From positions 14,919-78,918 of the forward strand of contig CAYRHT010000003.1 in the NCBI GenBank assembly GCA_964424195.1: 64,000 nt of DNA, written 5' to 3'. Of the stretch, positions 20,280 through 29,623 are shown one piece after another. The first letter of the stretch is position 1. The number at the start of each line of letters is the position of its first letter. A program made the translations under genes and the position numbers. Below the pieces are notes generated by a model that was not told the origin of the DNA, searched no databases, and was given only the letters and a program-made list of their open reading frames with translations. Origin of the DNA: an uncultured Gammaproteobacteria bacterium (lineage in GTDB: Bacteria; Patescibacteriota; Patescibacteriia; UBA1558; S5-K13).

Positions 20280-20756
20280 ATGATTAATTTTAACAAATAT
20301 TTACCAAATGATGAAGAGGCTTTAGAAGTAATTCATTCAACTAAGGTTTCTTTGTATTTTAAATTATTTCTAGCTACTATTATCTTTTTAGCTCCTTTCT
20401 TCTTTATGATTCCAATTTTAAGTTTAGGAATTAGGGGAATTATTCTTTCTCTTCTAATAATCTTTTTAGATTTAATATATATATTAAAATCTTACAAGAA
20501 GTGGACTTACAATTGTATTATTTTAACAGATAAGAAACTTTATAGATTTCATCAAGAGGGAATCTTTAAAAGAGGAATTAAAGAATTTCATTTAAATAAC
20601 ATTGATGAAATTGATGTTGAGTATCGAGGTTTAATTTCTAAGATTTTTAAAGTAGGGGACTTAGTTATCTATTTAAAGAATGATAGATATGTTGATTTAG
20701 ATGATGTTAGAGATGTGCAGAGGATTAAGAATAGAATATGGGAAGTAATTAATTAG
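20280..20756 (+). CDS. Membrane protein with bacterial PH domain
   Basis: Two TM helices then ILTDKKL..GIF..I..IDV..G....FKVGDL pattern. Confidence 0.7.
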   Translation: MINFNKYLPNDEEALEVIHSTKVSLYFKLFLATIIFLAPFFFMIPILSLGIRGIILSLLIIFLDLIYILKSYKKWTYNCIILTDKKLYRFHQEGIFKRGIKEFHLNNIDEIDVEYRGLISKIFKVGDLVIYLKNDRYVDLDDVRDVQRIKNRIWEVIN

Positions 20757-20877
20757 AATAATAAAGTTGATTAAGATTAGCTTTTTTTGTTTGACTAATT
20801 AAGAAGAATATGATTTAATAAGATATTAATTTGTCTAATTTAAATTAATAAACGAAAATTAAAAAAAGGAGGATATT

Positions 20878-21372
20878 ATGAGATCTGTTTGGAATTGGTT
20901 TTTAGGTCCATTAGTTGTATTCGTTGCTGTGTATTATGCTTGTATGTTAGCAATGACTATTCAGCTACAAAAAGCTATTGTGCATACATCAATTTGGTTA
21001 GTTCCATTGTTAATTATTGTCAATATTCTTGTTTATGTTTTGACAAAAAAATTCAGTTCTTTTCTTTTGGCTATCTTGAGTATTTCATTATTAGTATTGA
21101 GTTTGCTCAATGGATTTTTTGATTATGAAAAGATGGGGATGGGTTTTTTTGCTATTTTAGGTGCTGTTTCTGTTAATATTATTTTTCTAGTATTATTAGT
21201 CATAATTATTTCTATTTTTCCGGAGGAAGATTCTTTTGGAAGAAAAGAGACTTGGTATATTTCTTCTCCGGGTATAGTACTAGAATCAAAGATATTTTGG
21301 ATCTCCTTAGTGTTAATTGGAAGCTGGGCTTCGCTTTTAATTATTGGAGGATTTATTGGAGTTAGGATTTAA
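20878..21372 (+). CDS. Hypothetical membrane protein (cassette)
   Basis: Hydrophobic ORF, AGGAGG SD, own promoter. Confidence 0.65.
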   Translation: MRSVWNWFLGPLVVFVAVYYACMLAMTIQLQKAIVHTSIWLVPLLIIVNILVYVLTKKFSSFLLAILSISLLVLSLLNGFFDYEKMGMGFFAILGAVSVNIIFLVLLVIIISIFPEEDSFGRKETWYISSPGIVLESKIFWISLVLIGSWASLLIIGGFIGVRI

Positions 21373-21520
21373 GATTGATGATTATTAAAGATTAGTTGTA
21401 TAGCTAACCTTTGTTTGTTTGTTTGACTGATTAAGAATAATGTGCTTAAATAATGTATTAATTTGAATAATTTAGATTAATAAACGAAAATTAAAAAATA
21501 AAATAATTCAAGGAGGAATT

Positions 21521-22372
21521 ATGAAAAAGTTAGTAATTATAGTTCTATTTATAGGACTGATGTTTTCTTTGGCTATGGCTGAGGAAATTGAAAGAGTTGA
21601 GTTTAATATCAATGGAGATTTTTTTGAACAGATCACAACAATTAGTGTTTTAAAGGAAGAAATAATCAAAGAAAATACACTTTCTTATTACATTAAAAAT
21701 AAGTTAAATGTTCTTAATGATTCTCTATATTATCAGGATGCTGTTCAAAATCCTGGAAAAGAGATTATAGTCTATGATAATCTAAAAATAGTTGGGTTAT
21801 TTCTCCCAAAAGTAGAGCAAACAAAGCTTTCGACAGTTTTTGAAAATCAAGAAATTGATACTAATTTAGAGCCATTGGAGAGATTTAGTTGGGAACTTCT
21901 ATTATTCTATATTTTTGCTTTATTTTCAGGGATTTTAGTGGTGTCAACTTTTAATTTAGGAATAAAATCTTATATTTTTATAAAAATTTCTATAGTTTTA
22001 TGTTTGATATTGAGTATAGGTTTTTCTAGCTTTCTTCAATTTCAGCAGTTTTCTCTTTCGATAGAAATTTTTTTGTGGAGTTTTAATGCTTTAATAACCA
22101 TTACTATTTTACTAGCTTTTATTTTACTAGTGGATATATTTATAGATTATCTTTCTTCTAAAAAGATTGATAAATTTAAGGATGTTAGGTTTATTTCTGT
22201 TTTTATTTCTTTTCTGTTTTTGATTATAGCTTTATCTCTATTTGTACCATCCTTTAATAAAGTTTATTTATTGTTAGTGTTGTCTGGTATGTATATCATT
22301 CCAATATTAATTACATATTTGATTTTGATGGTGAAGAAAAAGTTGAAGAAAATAAGTGAAGAAAAAGAATAA
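21521..22372 (+). CDS. Hypothetical membrane protein with signal peptide (cassette)
   Basis: Signal peptide, C-terminal TM helices, AGGAGG SD, terminator GGGGATTGGCTT/AAGTCGATTCCC. Confidence 0.7.
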   Translation: MKKLVIIVLFIGLMFSLAMAEEIERVEFNINGDFFEQITTISVLKEEIIKENTLSYYIKNKLNVLNDSLYYQDAVQNPGKEIIVYDNLKIVGLFLPKVEQTKLSTVFENQEIDTNLEPLERFSWELLLFYIFALFSGILVVSTFNLGIKSYIFIKISIVLCLILSIGFSSFLQFQQFSLSIEIFLWSFNALITITILLAFILLVDIFIDYLSSKKIDKFKDVRFISVFISFLFLIIALSLFVPSFNKVYLLLVLSGMYIIPILITYLILMVKKKLKKISEEKE

Positions 22373-22471
22373 TTTGTATTAGGGGATTGGCTTAAGTCGA
22401 TTCCCTTTTTTATTTAAAAACTAATTCAATGAGTGGTTTACGAATCACTCTTTTTTTATTATAATAAATAC

Positions 22472-22876
22472 ATGAAACAAAATAATTCATTATTCTTTAG
22501 AATATTTTCTTCTAAAATATTTTTTGTTATTTTCCTAATTATTGTTATTTACTTATCAGTAAATGTTTATCGTGAAATAAAACAAAGGGTAGAAGTAAAA
22601 AGAGAAATTGCTAACCTTAAAATGGAGATAAATAATTTAAGTAATGAAAATGATAAGTTAGGTGACTTGATAGAATATTTTGAAACTGAAGAATATATTG
22701 AGCTTAGTTCTAGAGAAAAATTAGGATACAAAAAACCAGGAGAGAAGATTATAGTTTTCACTGAAGAAGGTGGGGATGGTATTTTAAATACTGCTCAGAA
22801 TAGAAATAGTTTAAATCGAAAATCAAACCTAAAATTATGGTGGGATTATTTTTTTAATAATACTAATACAATATGA
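22472..22876 (+). CDS. Septum formation initiator (FtsB/DivIC-like)
   Basis: TM, coiled coil, YIE..SREKLGYKKPGE; ATG at 22472 preferred to the ORF-track start. Confidence 0.85.
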   Translation: MKQNNSLFFRIFSSKIFFVIFLIIVIYLSVNVYREIKQRVEVKREIANLKMEINNLSNENDKLGDLIEYFETEEYIELSSREKLGYKKPGEKIIVFTEEGGDGILNTAQNRNSLNRKSNLKLWWDYFFNNTNTI

Positions 22877-23718
22877 AAAAATTAATTACTAAAAAAAGAG
22901 TTATTGGTTTTGCTTTGTATATATTCTTAGCGATAATTGTCTTTAGTTTCTTTGATATCTATTTTCTAGGCTATCGAACAGACTTAAGTAAGTTTACTTC
23001 TAAGGTCATCCCTTATCCAGCTTTGTTTGTTAACAGTGACATGGTTAGTGTTGGTCAATATGATCGATTTTTAAAGGGCTATGAGTCATATTTAAAAGAA
23101 CTAGGTGTGCATCAGAAGATTGATCAGCAGTTATTATCCAGAACTATGATTCAGAACATAGCTTTAGAACAGGTAGTTACTAAATTAGATATTAAGTTTA
23201 GTAAACAAGAGTTTAATGATTATGTGGATGACTTCTACAAGAATAATAATATTTCTGGAATGAATAGAGAGAATTATACTAATTACTTTTTAAAACCAAT
23301 TTATTACAAAGAAAAGATTATCAGTAGAATTACTGATGATGATTTTAATTTAGAGAATAAGAAGAAGATAGAATTAATTTATAATGACTTGATTAAGAAT
23401 TCAGTTGATTTCAATATCTATTCTGACCTATACAAAGATCAAGAACTTGGTATTAATGGTAATATGATTGGTTGGCTTCCTTATGGAAATCTACCAGAAT
23501 CTTTAAAATCAAGAGTTGAGAAGATGGAGATTGGTGAATTTACTTCAATTATGAAAAGTATTTCTGGATATCATATATATAAATTAAATGGTAAAATAAA
23601 GAATGAAGATGGTAGCTATTATTATCAATTTGATCAAATATTTTTACCAATTGAAAACTTTAGTAATTATTTAAATAAATTTTTAGAGAATAGTAAAATA
23701 TTACATTTTTTAAATTAG
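22873..23718 (+). CDS. Parvulin-type peptidyl-prolyl isomerase / foldase (PrsA/SurA-like)
   Basis: N-terminal TM, GNMIGW and GEFTSIMKSISGYHIYK. Confidence 0.75.
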   Translation: MKKLITKKRVIGFALYIFLAIIVFSFFDIYFLGYRTDLSKFTSKVIPYPALFVNSDMVSVGQYDRFLKGYESYLKELGVHQKIDQQLLSRTMIQNIALEQVVTKLDIKFSKQEFNDYVDDFYKNNNISGMNRENYTNYFLKPIYYKEKIISRITDDDFNLENKKKIELIYNDLIKNSVDFNIYSDLYKDQELGINGNMIGWLPYGNLPESLKSRVEKMEIGEFTSIMKSISGYHIYKLNGKIKNEDGSYYYQFDQIFLPIENFSNYLNKFLENSKILHFLN

Positions 23719-23733
23719 ATATATTCCAATTCA

Positions 23734-24414
23734 ATGATTGAAATTACAAACCTATCAAAATTCTATAACCCTAATGTTTGGGCTTTGAATAAAGTCTCCT
23801 TGAATATCAAACCAGGAGAATTTGTTTCTATTGTTGGACAAAGTGGTACTGGTAAAACTACCTTAGTAAAGATGTTAATTGCTGATGAATTACCTAGTGA
23901 TGGTCAAATTGTAATTGGTGGTTGGGATATTACTAATATTGAAGACTATGATGTCCCTTATCTCCGAAGACAAATTGGAGTAGTATTTCAAGATTACAAG
24001 CTATTACAAAAAAAGAATGTTTATGAAAATGTTAGTTTTGCTTTAGAGTCTTGTGGAACTCCTAAAGAAAGAATTCATAAGATAGTTCCTCAAATTTTAA
24101 AGATTGTTGGTTTACAAAACAAGATGGATCGTTATCCTAGTCAATTATCTGGTGGTGAACAACAAAGAACAGCTATTGCTCGGTCTTTAGTTCATCAACC
24201 TAAATTATTAATTGCTGATGAGCCTACTGGTAATTTAGATTCAATTAACTCTCGAGAGATAATTGATTTACTCTTAAGAATTAATAGTTTAAATACTACA
24301 GTTATCTTAGTTAGTCATGATCGAGATATTATTAACAGTCTAGGAAAAAGAGTGGTTACTATGGATGATGGGAAAATAATTTCTGATCAAGTTAAAGGAA
24401 GATATATACTTTAA
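23734..24414 (+). CDS. ftsE: Cell division ATP-binding protein FtsE
   Basis: GQSGTGKT, LRRQIGVVFQDYKLL, LSGGEQQR; precedes ftsX. Confidence 0.93.
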   Translation: MIEITNLSKFYNPNVWALNKVSLNIKPGEFVSIVGQSGTGKTTLVKMLIADELPSDGQIVIGGWDITNIEDYDVPYLRRQIGVVFQDYKLLQKKNVYENVSFALESCGTPKERIHKIVPQILKIVGLQNKMDRYPSQLSGGEQQRTAIARSLVHQPKLLIADEPTGNLDSINSREIIDLLLRINSLNTTVILVSHDRDIINSLGKRVVTMDDGKIISDQVKGRYIL

Positions 24415-24427
24415 ATTAAATAAATTT

Positions 24428-25357
24428 ATGTTAACTTCATTTATTCGGGTATTAAAATTTGCTTTTCAAGGCTTTTGGAGAAATATTTGGCTTTCAGTCA
24501 TTAATATTACTATTTTAGTTCTAACTCTTTTTGCTATTAATTTCCTAATTGGTTTTAATCTTTTAGCTGACAATGCTATTGGTTTAGTAAATGAGAAAAT
24601 AGATGTTAATTTGTATTTTGTAGAGAATATTTCAGATGAAAAGGTAGAGGAGATCAAGCAAAAGATCTTTGATTCAGATTATATTGAAGAAGTAGAGTTA
24701 GTTTCAGCTGAAGATGCTCTAAATACTTTTTTGGAAAGACATCAATCTGATGATCATATTGTAGAAGCTATAAATGAGCTTAAAGAAGATGATGGTCAGG
24801 TTTTTAACTCTAGTTTAAAGATTAAGGCTAAGGATATGGATATGTATGGTGAGGTCTTAAAAGAGCTAAAAGAGAGTCAATACAGTGCTTTATTTGAAAT
24901 TGATGAGTCAGAGTTTAAAGATTATACTAATATGACTGAAAAGATTAGTAATATCTCTGAAAGAGTTAAATTATTTGGTTATATAGTATCTATTATCTTT
25001 ATCCTAATTGCTTTAATGATGGTTTACAATACGATTAAGATTGCTACCTATACTCATCGAGAAGAAATTGGGATTATGAGGTTGGTTGGAGCAACTAACA
25101 AATTCATTAAATCTCCTTTTATATTTGAAATTATACTCTACAACCTCATAGCTGTTATTATTGTAGCTATATTATTTTATAGTTTTCTTTCAGTAATGAA
25201 TCCATTGTTAGTTAAGTTGTTTGAAGGATATCCTTTAAATCTAATGGATTATTTCAATCATAACTTTGTTTGGATATTTGGTGGACAGTTTATTATTATG
25301 AGTCTCTTCTCTATTGTTAGTAGTTCAGTAGCAATTAAGAAGTTTTTGAAGATTTAG
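24428..25357 (+). CDS. ftsX: Cell division permease FtsX
   Basis: NTIKI...REEIGIMRLVGATNKFIKSPF. Confidence 0.92.
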   Translation: MLTSFIRVLKFAFQGFWRNIWLSVINITILVLTLFAINFLIGFNLLADNAIGLVNEKIDVNLYFVENISDEKVEEIKQKIFDSDYIEEVELVSAEDALNTFLERHQSDDHIVEAINELKEDDGQVFNSSLKIKAKDMDMYGEVLKELKESQYSALFEIDESEFKDYTNMTEKISNISERVKLFGYIVSIIFILIALMMVYNTIKIATYTHREEIGIMRLVGATNKFIKSPFIFEIILYNLIAVIIVAILFYSFLSVMNPLLVKLFEGYPLNLMDYFNHNFVWIFGGQFIIMSLFSIVSSSVAIKKFLKI

Positions 25358-25400
25358 AATATCTTATTTATAATAATTTATATTTAATAAGGAAAATATT

Positions 25401-27383
25401 ATGATAAACAATAGAAAAAATGAGGCAAAAACTGATATTGATCTTTTTAATTATATTAGAGAAAATAGATTTTATTCCAAGAATTGGACCGTTCAAAAGC
25501 AAGGTAATAAATATATACAAGAAATTTTAGATAAAACAAGTAAAAAGGGGACGGGAAATCAGGGTTATCCAGATTTGATTTATGTTAATGATAATAAAAA
25601 ATTGTTAATTTTAATTGAGAATAAAGATCAAATTAAAAATCATATTTCAAAAAATGAAGATAAGCCAGTTGATTTTGCAGTTGATGGAATAAAACATTAT
25701 TTGTCTTTTTTTAAGGAAAATAAATTAAATACAGAAAAGGAAATATTAAGGAAATATATAAAAAATTGGAAAATAATTGGAATTGCCTTTTCTGGAGATA
25801 TTAACGATGAGTATAATCATAGACTTGATACATATATTGTAGAAGGTGATTTAATTCAAAATATTGGCAAAAACGAAATATTGGATGAGGAAGATTATTT
25901 AGCATTTTTTGAAAATATTGACTTAGAAAAAATATCTAATGATATTTCAAAATCATCAAGTGAAATCAACAGGCTTTTAAGAAATTTGGATTCACCAAAA
26001 AGACCTATTCTTTTAAGTGCTTTAATGATTTGTTTGTATCCTAAAGAAAGTGGAGCAGATTTTAAAAATAGTTATAGCTCATGGAGTACGCAAACAATTA
26101 TTAGGAACATACCTACAACAATTAGTGATATCTTGGAGAGTGAAAAAATTGATAAAAATAAAATAGAAGTCTTAACGAATGAGTTAGTTTTTTTAAATAC
26201 TGATACTGATTTGAAATCCACAAATATTTTAAAAGATATCTTGAAAGAACTTGAAGAAAAAGTTATTCCCTTGTTTAATAAAAAAACATCTTATGATATA
26301 ATTGGAAAATTTTATGAGGAATTTTTAAGATATGCAGGGATAACAAATGTAAAAAAGGGGATTGTTTTAACACCGAATCATATTACAACACTTTTTACAG
26401 ATTTAATTGATATTAAAACAAATGATATAATTTTTGATCCCGCGTGTGGTACTGGTGCATTTTTAATATCAGGAATGAATAAGCTTATTGATAAAATTGA
26501 AAATTCAAAATTATCAGATAAAAAAGAAAGAATAAAAAATATAAAAACTAAACAACTTATTGGATTTGAAAAAAATAGCACAATGTATTCTTTGGCAATT
26601 TCTAATATGCTTTTTAGAGGAGATGGTAAATCTCAAATATTTAATGAAGATTTTTTTTCTGCAAAGACAAATGAAATATTAGACAATTTATCTACGAAAC
26701 CAACGATTGGTTTTATTAATCCACCATATGGAGGGAGAGATAATGCTAAAAATCCAACAAAAAGAGAAATACAATTTTTAGAAAAAATGTTAGATCATTG
26801 TAGTAGATATGGGATTGTTATTGCTCCCCTTTCAACATATTTTAAGGATGAAGCAGATAGAGATAGAATTTTAACAAAGCATACCTTGAAGTATGTTATT
26901 AATGTACCTAGTGAACTATTTCAACCGAATGCCTCAATTCATACAGCTATTGCCGTTTTTGAGACAAATATTCCTCATAATAACAGTAAGGTTGTTTTTT
27001 ATAATTTGAAAGATGATGGTTTTGTTTTATCTAAGAATAAAGGTAGAACGGATGTATTGAATAAATGGAGCGGTATTAAGAAAGATTTATTAAGAAAGAT
27101 TAAGAGTCCAAAGAAAAATGAAGATTTTATAGACTTGGTTTTTAAAAAGGTCAGTAGTAAAGATGAGTGGATAATTCAAGCACATTCAAAAACAAATTAT
27201 GAAAAATTATCAGAAAAAACCTTTGAAAAAAGTATTAAAGAGCATGTTATTTTTTCTACAAAATTAAAATTAGATTTAGTAAATAAGGATTTGGATGAAA
27301 TAACATTATTGGAAATATTAAACGAAAATAATATTAGTGCAGCTGAAGTTTTGGATAATGATAATAAAAATTATGAAAGTTAA
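25401..27383 (+). CDS. Type IIB/IIG (BcgI-like) restriction-modification RM subunit
   Basis: N-terminal GYPD...IENK nuclease-like motif; methyltransferase motif I FDPACGTGAF and motif IV NPPY. Confidence 0.85.
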   Translation: MINNRKNEAKTDIDLFNYIRENRFYSKNWTVQKQGNKYIQEILDKTSKKGTGNQGYPDLIYVNDNKKLLILIENKDQIKNHISKNEDKPVDFAVDGIKHYLSFFKENKLNTEKEILRKYIKNWKIIGIAFSGDINDEYNHRLDTYIVEGDLIQNIGKNEILDEEDYLAFFENIDLEKISNDISKSSSEINRLLRNLDSPKRPILLSALMICLYPKESGADFKNSYSSWSTQTIIRNIPTTISDILESEKIDKNKIEVLTNELVFLNTDTDLKSTNILKDILKELEEKVIPLFNKKTSYDIIGKFYEEFLRYAGITNVKKGIVLTPNHITTLFTDLIDIKTNDIIFDPACGTGAFLISGMNKLIDKIENSKLSDKKERIKNIKTKQLIGFEKNSTMYSLAISNMLFRGDGKSQIFNEDFFSAKTNEILDNLSTKPTIGFINPPYGGRDNAKNPTKREIQFLEKMLDHCSRYGIVIAPLSTYFKDEADRDRILTKHTLKYVINVPSELFQPNASIHTAIAVFETNIPHNNSKVVFYNLKDDGFVLSKNKGRTDVLNKWSGIKKDLLRKIKSPKKNEDFIDLVFKKVSSKDEWIIQAHSKTNYEKLSEKTFEKSIKEHVIFSTKLKLDLVNKDLDEITLLEILNENNISAAEVLDNDNKNYES

Positions 27384-28410
27384 TAAGGATAATTGGCAAG
27401 AATTTAAATTTTCAGGAAAAGGTGGAATTTTTACTATCTCAAGAGGGAAAAGATTAGTTAAAAAGGATCAGATTAATGGTAATATTGCTTACATTTCTTC
27501 TAGTAAGAAAAATAATGGTATTGATAATTACATCTTGCCGCCAGATTTTATGACAATTTATAGTAATGCTTTAACTATTAATAATAGTGGAAGTGTTGGT
27601 TATTGTTTTTATCATCCATATAAATTTGTTGCATCTGATCATTGCACTATAATTGATATTAAGGATAAAAATATAAAGTTAAATAATTATATTGCTTTAT
27701 TTTTAAAGCCTGTTATTGAATCGATGAAAAATAAATATAATTTTGCAAGAGAAATTAATAATGAGAGATTAGAAAAAGAAAAAATATTACTTCCAGTTAA
27801 ATACAATAAATGTCCTGATTGGGATTTTATGAAAAACTATATTAAAGATTTATCCAAAAATATTAAATATACTAAAGAAGTAATTAAAAAAACAAATGTT
27901 CAGAGTATAAACGAAAATAAAATAAAATGGAAGGAATTTAAATTAAATAAAATATTTGATTTATTTTTAGGGAAGCCAATACATTCAATTGAAGTCGAAG
28001 GAATTAAATCATCGTCTACGGATGGAATAGCATATATCACAAGAACTGCTAAAAATAATGGTGTAGAATCTTTTGTGGATAAATCAGTAGTGGATAATAA
28101 TAAAATTATTAAAGGGAACTGTATAACAATTGGAGCTGAAGGTTTTAAAGCTTTCTATCAGGACAAGGAGTTTATAACTGGGAATAAAGTTAATATTCTT
28201 AGAAATAGAAAGTTAAATTTATGGAATTCTTTGTTTATTAATTCAATACTTAATTTAATTATAGAGGAAAAATTTGGATATGGAAGAGGTGCTGTAAAGT
28301 CTAGATTAGAAGATCTTTATATTAAATTGCCAATAAACATTGATAATGAACCAGATTTTGAATTTATGGAGAATTATATTAAATCTTTACCATATTCTTC
28401 TAATTTGTAA
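27373..28410 (+). CDS. R-M specificity (S) subunit with two target-recognition domains
   Basis: Internal duplication (W.EFK...IF; NNG; LP.....PD..FM.NYIK.L); ATG at 27373 overlaps RM gene end. Confidence 0.85.
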   Translation: MKVNKDNWQEFKFSGKGGIFTISRGKRLVKKDQINGNIAYISSSKKNNGIDNYILPPDFMTIYSNALTINNSGSVGYCFYHPYKFVASDHCTIIDIKDKNIKLNNYIALFLKPVIESMKNKYNFAREINNERLEKEKILLPVKYNKCPDWDFMKNYIKDLSKNIKYTKEVIKKTNVQSINENKIKWKEFKLNKIFDLFLGKPIHSIEVEGIKSSSTDGIAYITRTAKNNGVESFVDKSVVDNNKIIKGNCITIGAEGFKAFYQDKEFITGNKVNILRNRKLNLWNSLFINSILNLIIEEKFGYGRGAVKSRLEDLYIKLPINIDNEPDFEFMENYIKSLPYSSNL

Positions 28411-28425
28411 TTTAATTAAATATTA

Positions 28426-28453
28426 AAAAATCCCGTTAGAACGGGATTTTTTG
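28426..28453. terminator. Bidirectional terminator between R-M genes and rpmA
   Basis: AAAAATCCCGTT-ag-AACGGGATTTTT. Confidence 0.75.
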
Positions 28454-28469
28454 TTTTATAGAAATTTAG

Positions 28470-28799
28470 TTATTTCTTTAGAGTTTCCTTTTTAGTAACT
28501 TTCTTAACTTCTTTAGCTACTGGTTTAGTAATTACAGAAGCTATAGTTCTTAATTTTAAGCTACCATCAAATCTTCTCATCTTTCTTTTACTGAATTGAA
28601 CAATTCCATTGATTAAAGAAATTAGAGAATCATCACTAGCTCTTTTTACATTTTTACCAGGATAGTATTTAGTTCCTCTTTGTTTAACAATGATTTGTCC
28701 TGGTTTAATAGCTTGACCATGTGATAATTTGATACCAAGCATTTTAGCTTTGGAATCTCGTCCCAGCGAGGTTGATCCGCCGGCCTTTTTATGAGCCAT
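28470..28799 (-). CDS. rpmA: 50S ribosomal protein L27
   Basis: [16 protein letters not shown]...RGTK. Confidence 0.97.
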   Translation of the reverse strand: MAHKKAGGSTSLGRDSKAKMLGIKLSHGQAIKPGQIIVKQRGTKYYPGKNVKRASDDSLISLINGIVQFSKRKMRRFDGSLKLRTIASVITKPVAKEVKKVTKKETLKK

Positions 28800-29026
28800 A
28801 TGTTTATTTCATTAATATTAATTCGTATGAATAAAAGTATAACAGAAAGGAGGATATTGTCAATATCCTCCTTTGACTTAAGGCTCTAAGAGTGGTAATA
28901 TACTAATATTGTAAAATATTATTTTACATATTTTTGTGTTATTCATGTGCTTCTGAAAAGAGAGAAAATTTACTTTGATCCTCATTAATGAGGGAAAAAC
29001 AATTAAAAAATAAGGAATAATTATAT

Positions 29027-29398
29027 ATGTTATATTCTAAAAAAGTAATGGATCATTTTAAGAACCCTAGGAATCTAGGGGAGCTTAAAAATGCTGACAT
29101 TGAGGCTCAAGTTGGTAATCCAACTTGTGGAGATATTATGAAACTCTATCTTAAAATTAAAGACAAGAAGATTAAAGATATTGGTTTTGAAACTTTAGGT
29201 TGTGGAGCAGCAATTGCTTGTTCTTCTATGATTACTCAAGAAGCTAAAGGAAAAACTCTTTCCGCAGCAAAGAAGATAAATAAAGACTTGATTGTAAAGA
29301 AATTAGGTGGTTTACCAAAACCTAAAGTACATTGCTCAATGTTAGCTATTGAAGCTTTACAAAAAGCAATTAAGAATTATGAAGAAAGTACAAAATAA
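29027..29398 (+). CDS. iscU: Fe-S scaffold IscU/NifU N-terminal type
   Basis: GNPTCGD, GCGAAIA, KVHCS. Confidence 0.92.
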   Translation: MLYSKKVMDHFKNPRNLGELKNADIEAQVGNPTCGDIMKLYLKIKDKKIKDIGFETLGCGAAIACSSMITQEAKGKTLSAAKKINKDLIVKKLGGLPKPKVHCSMLAIEALQKAIKNYEESTK

Positions 29399-29619
29399 TG
29401 AATAAAAAAATAGATAATAAAATAAATAAAATTAGAGAAGTATTAAAGATGGATGGCGGTGATTTAGAGATTTTTAAATATGATGAAAAAGAAAATCTAA
29501 TGCAAATTAAATTACTTGGTATGTGCCAAGGTTGTCCAATGGCTGAGATAACTGTGAAGAACTTTATTGAAAAGGAATTGCAAGAAATAATTCCTGATTT
29601 AATTGTAGAGAAAGTTTAA
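29398..29619 (+). CDS. NifU C-terminal (Nfu) domain protein
   Basis: DGGDLE...GMCQGCPMA. Confidence 0.88.
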   Translation: MNKKIDNKINKIREVLKMDGGDLEIFKYDEKENLMQIKLLGMCQGCPMAEITVKNFIEKELQEIIPDLIVEKV

Positions 29620-29623
29620 TTAT

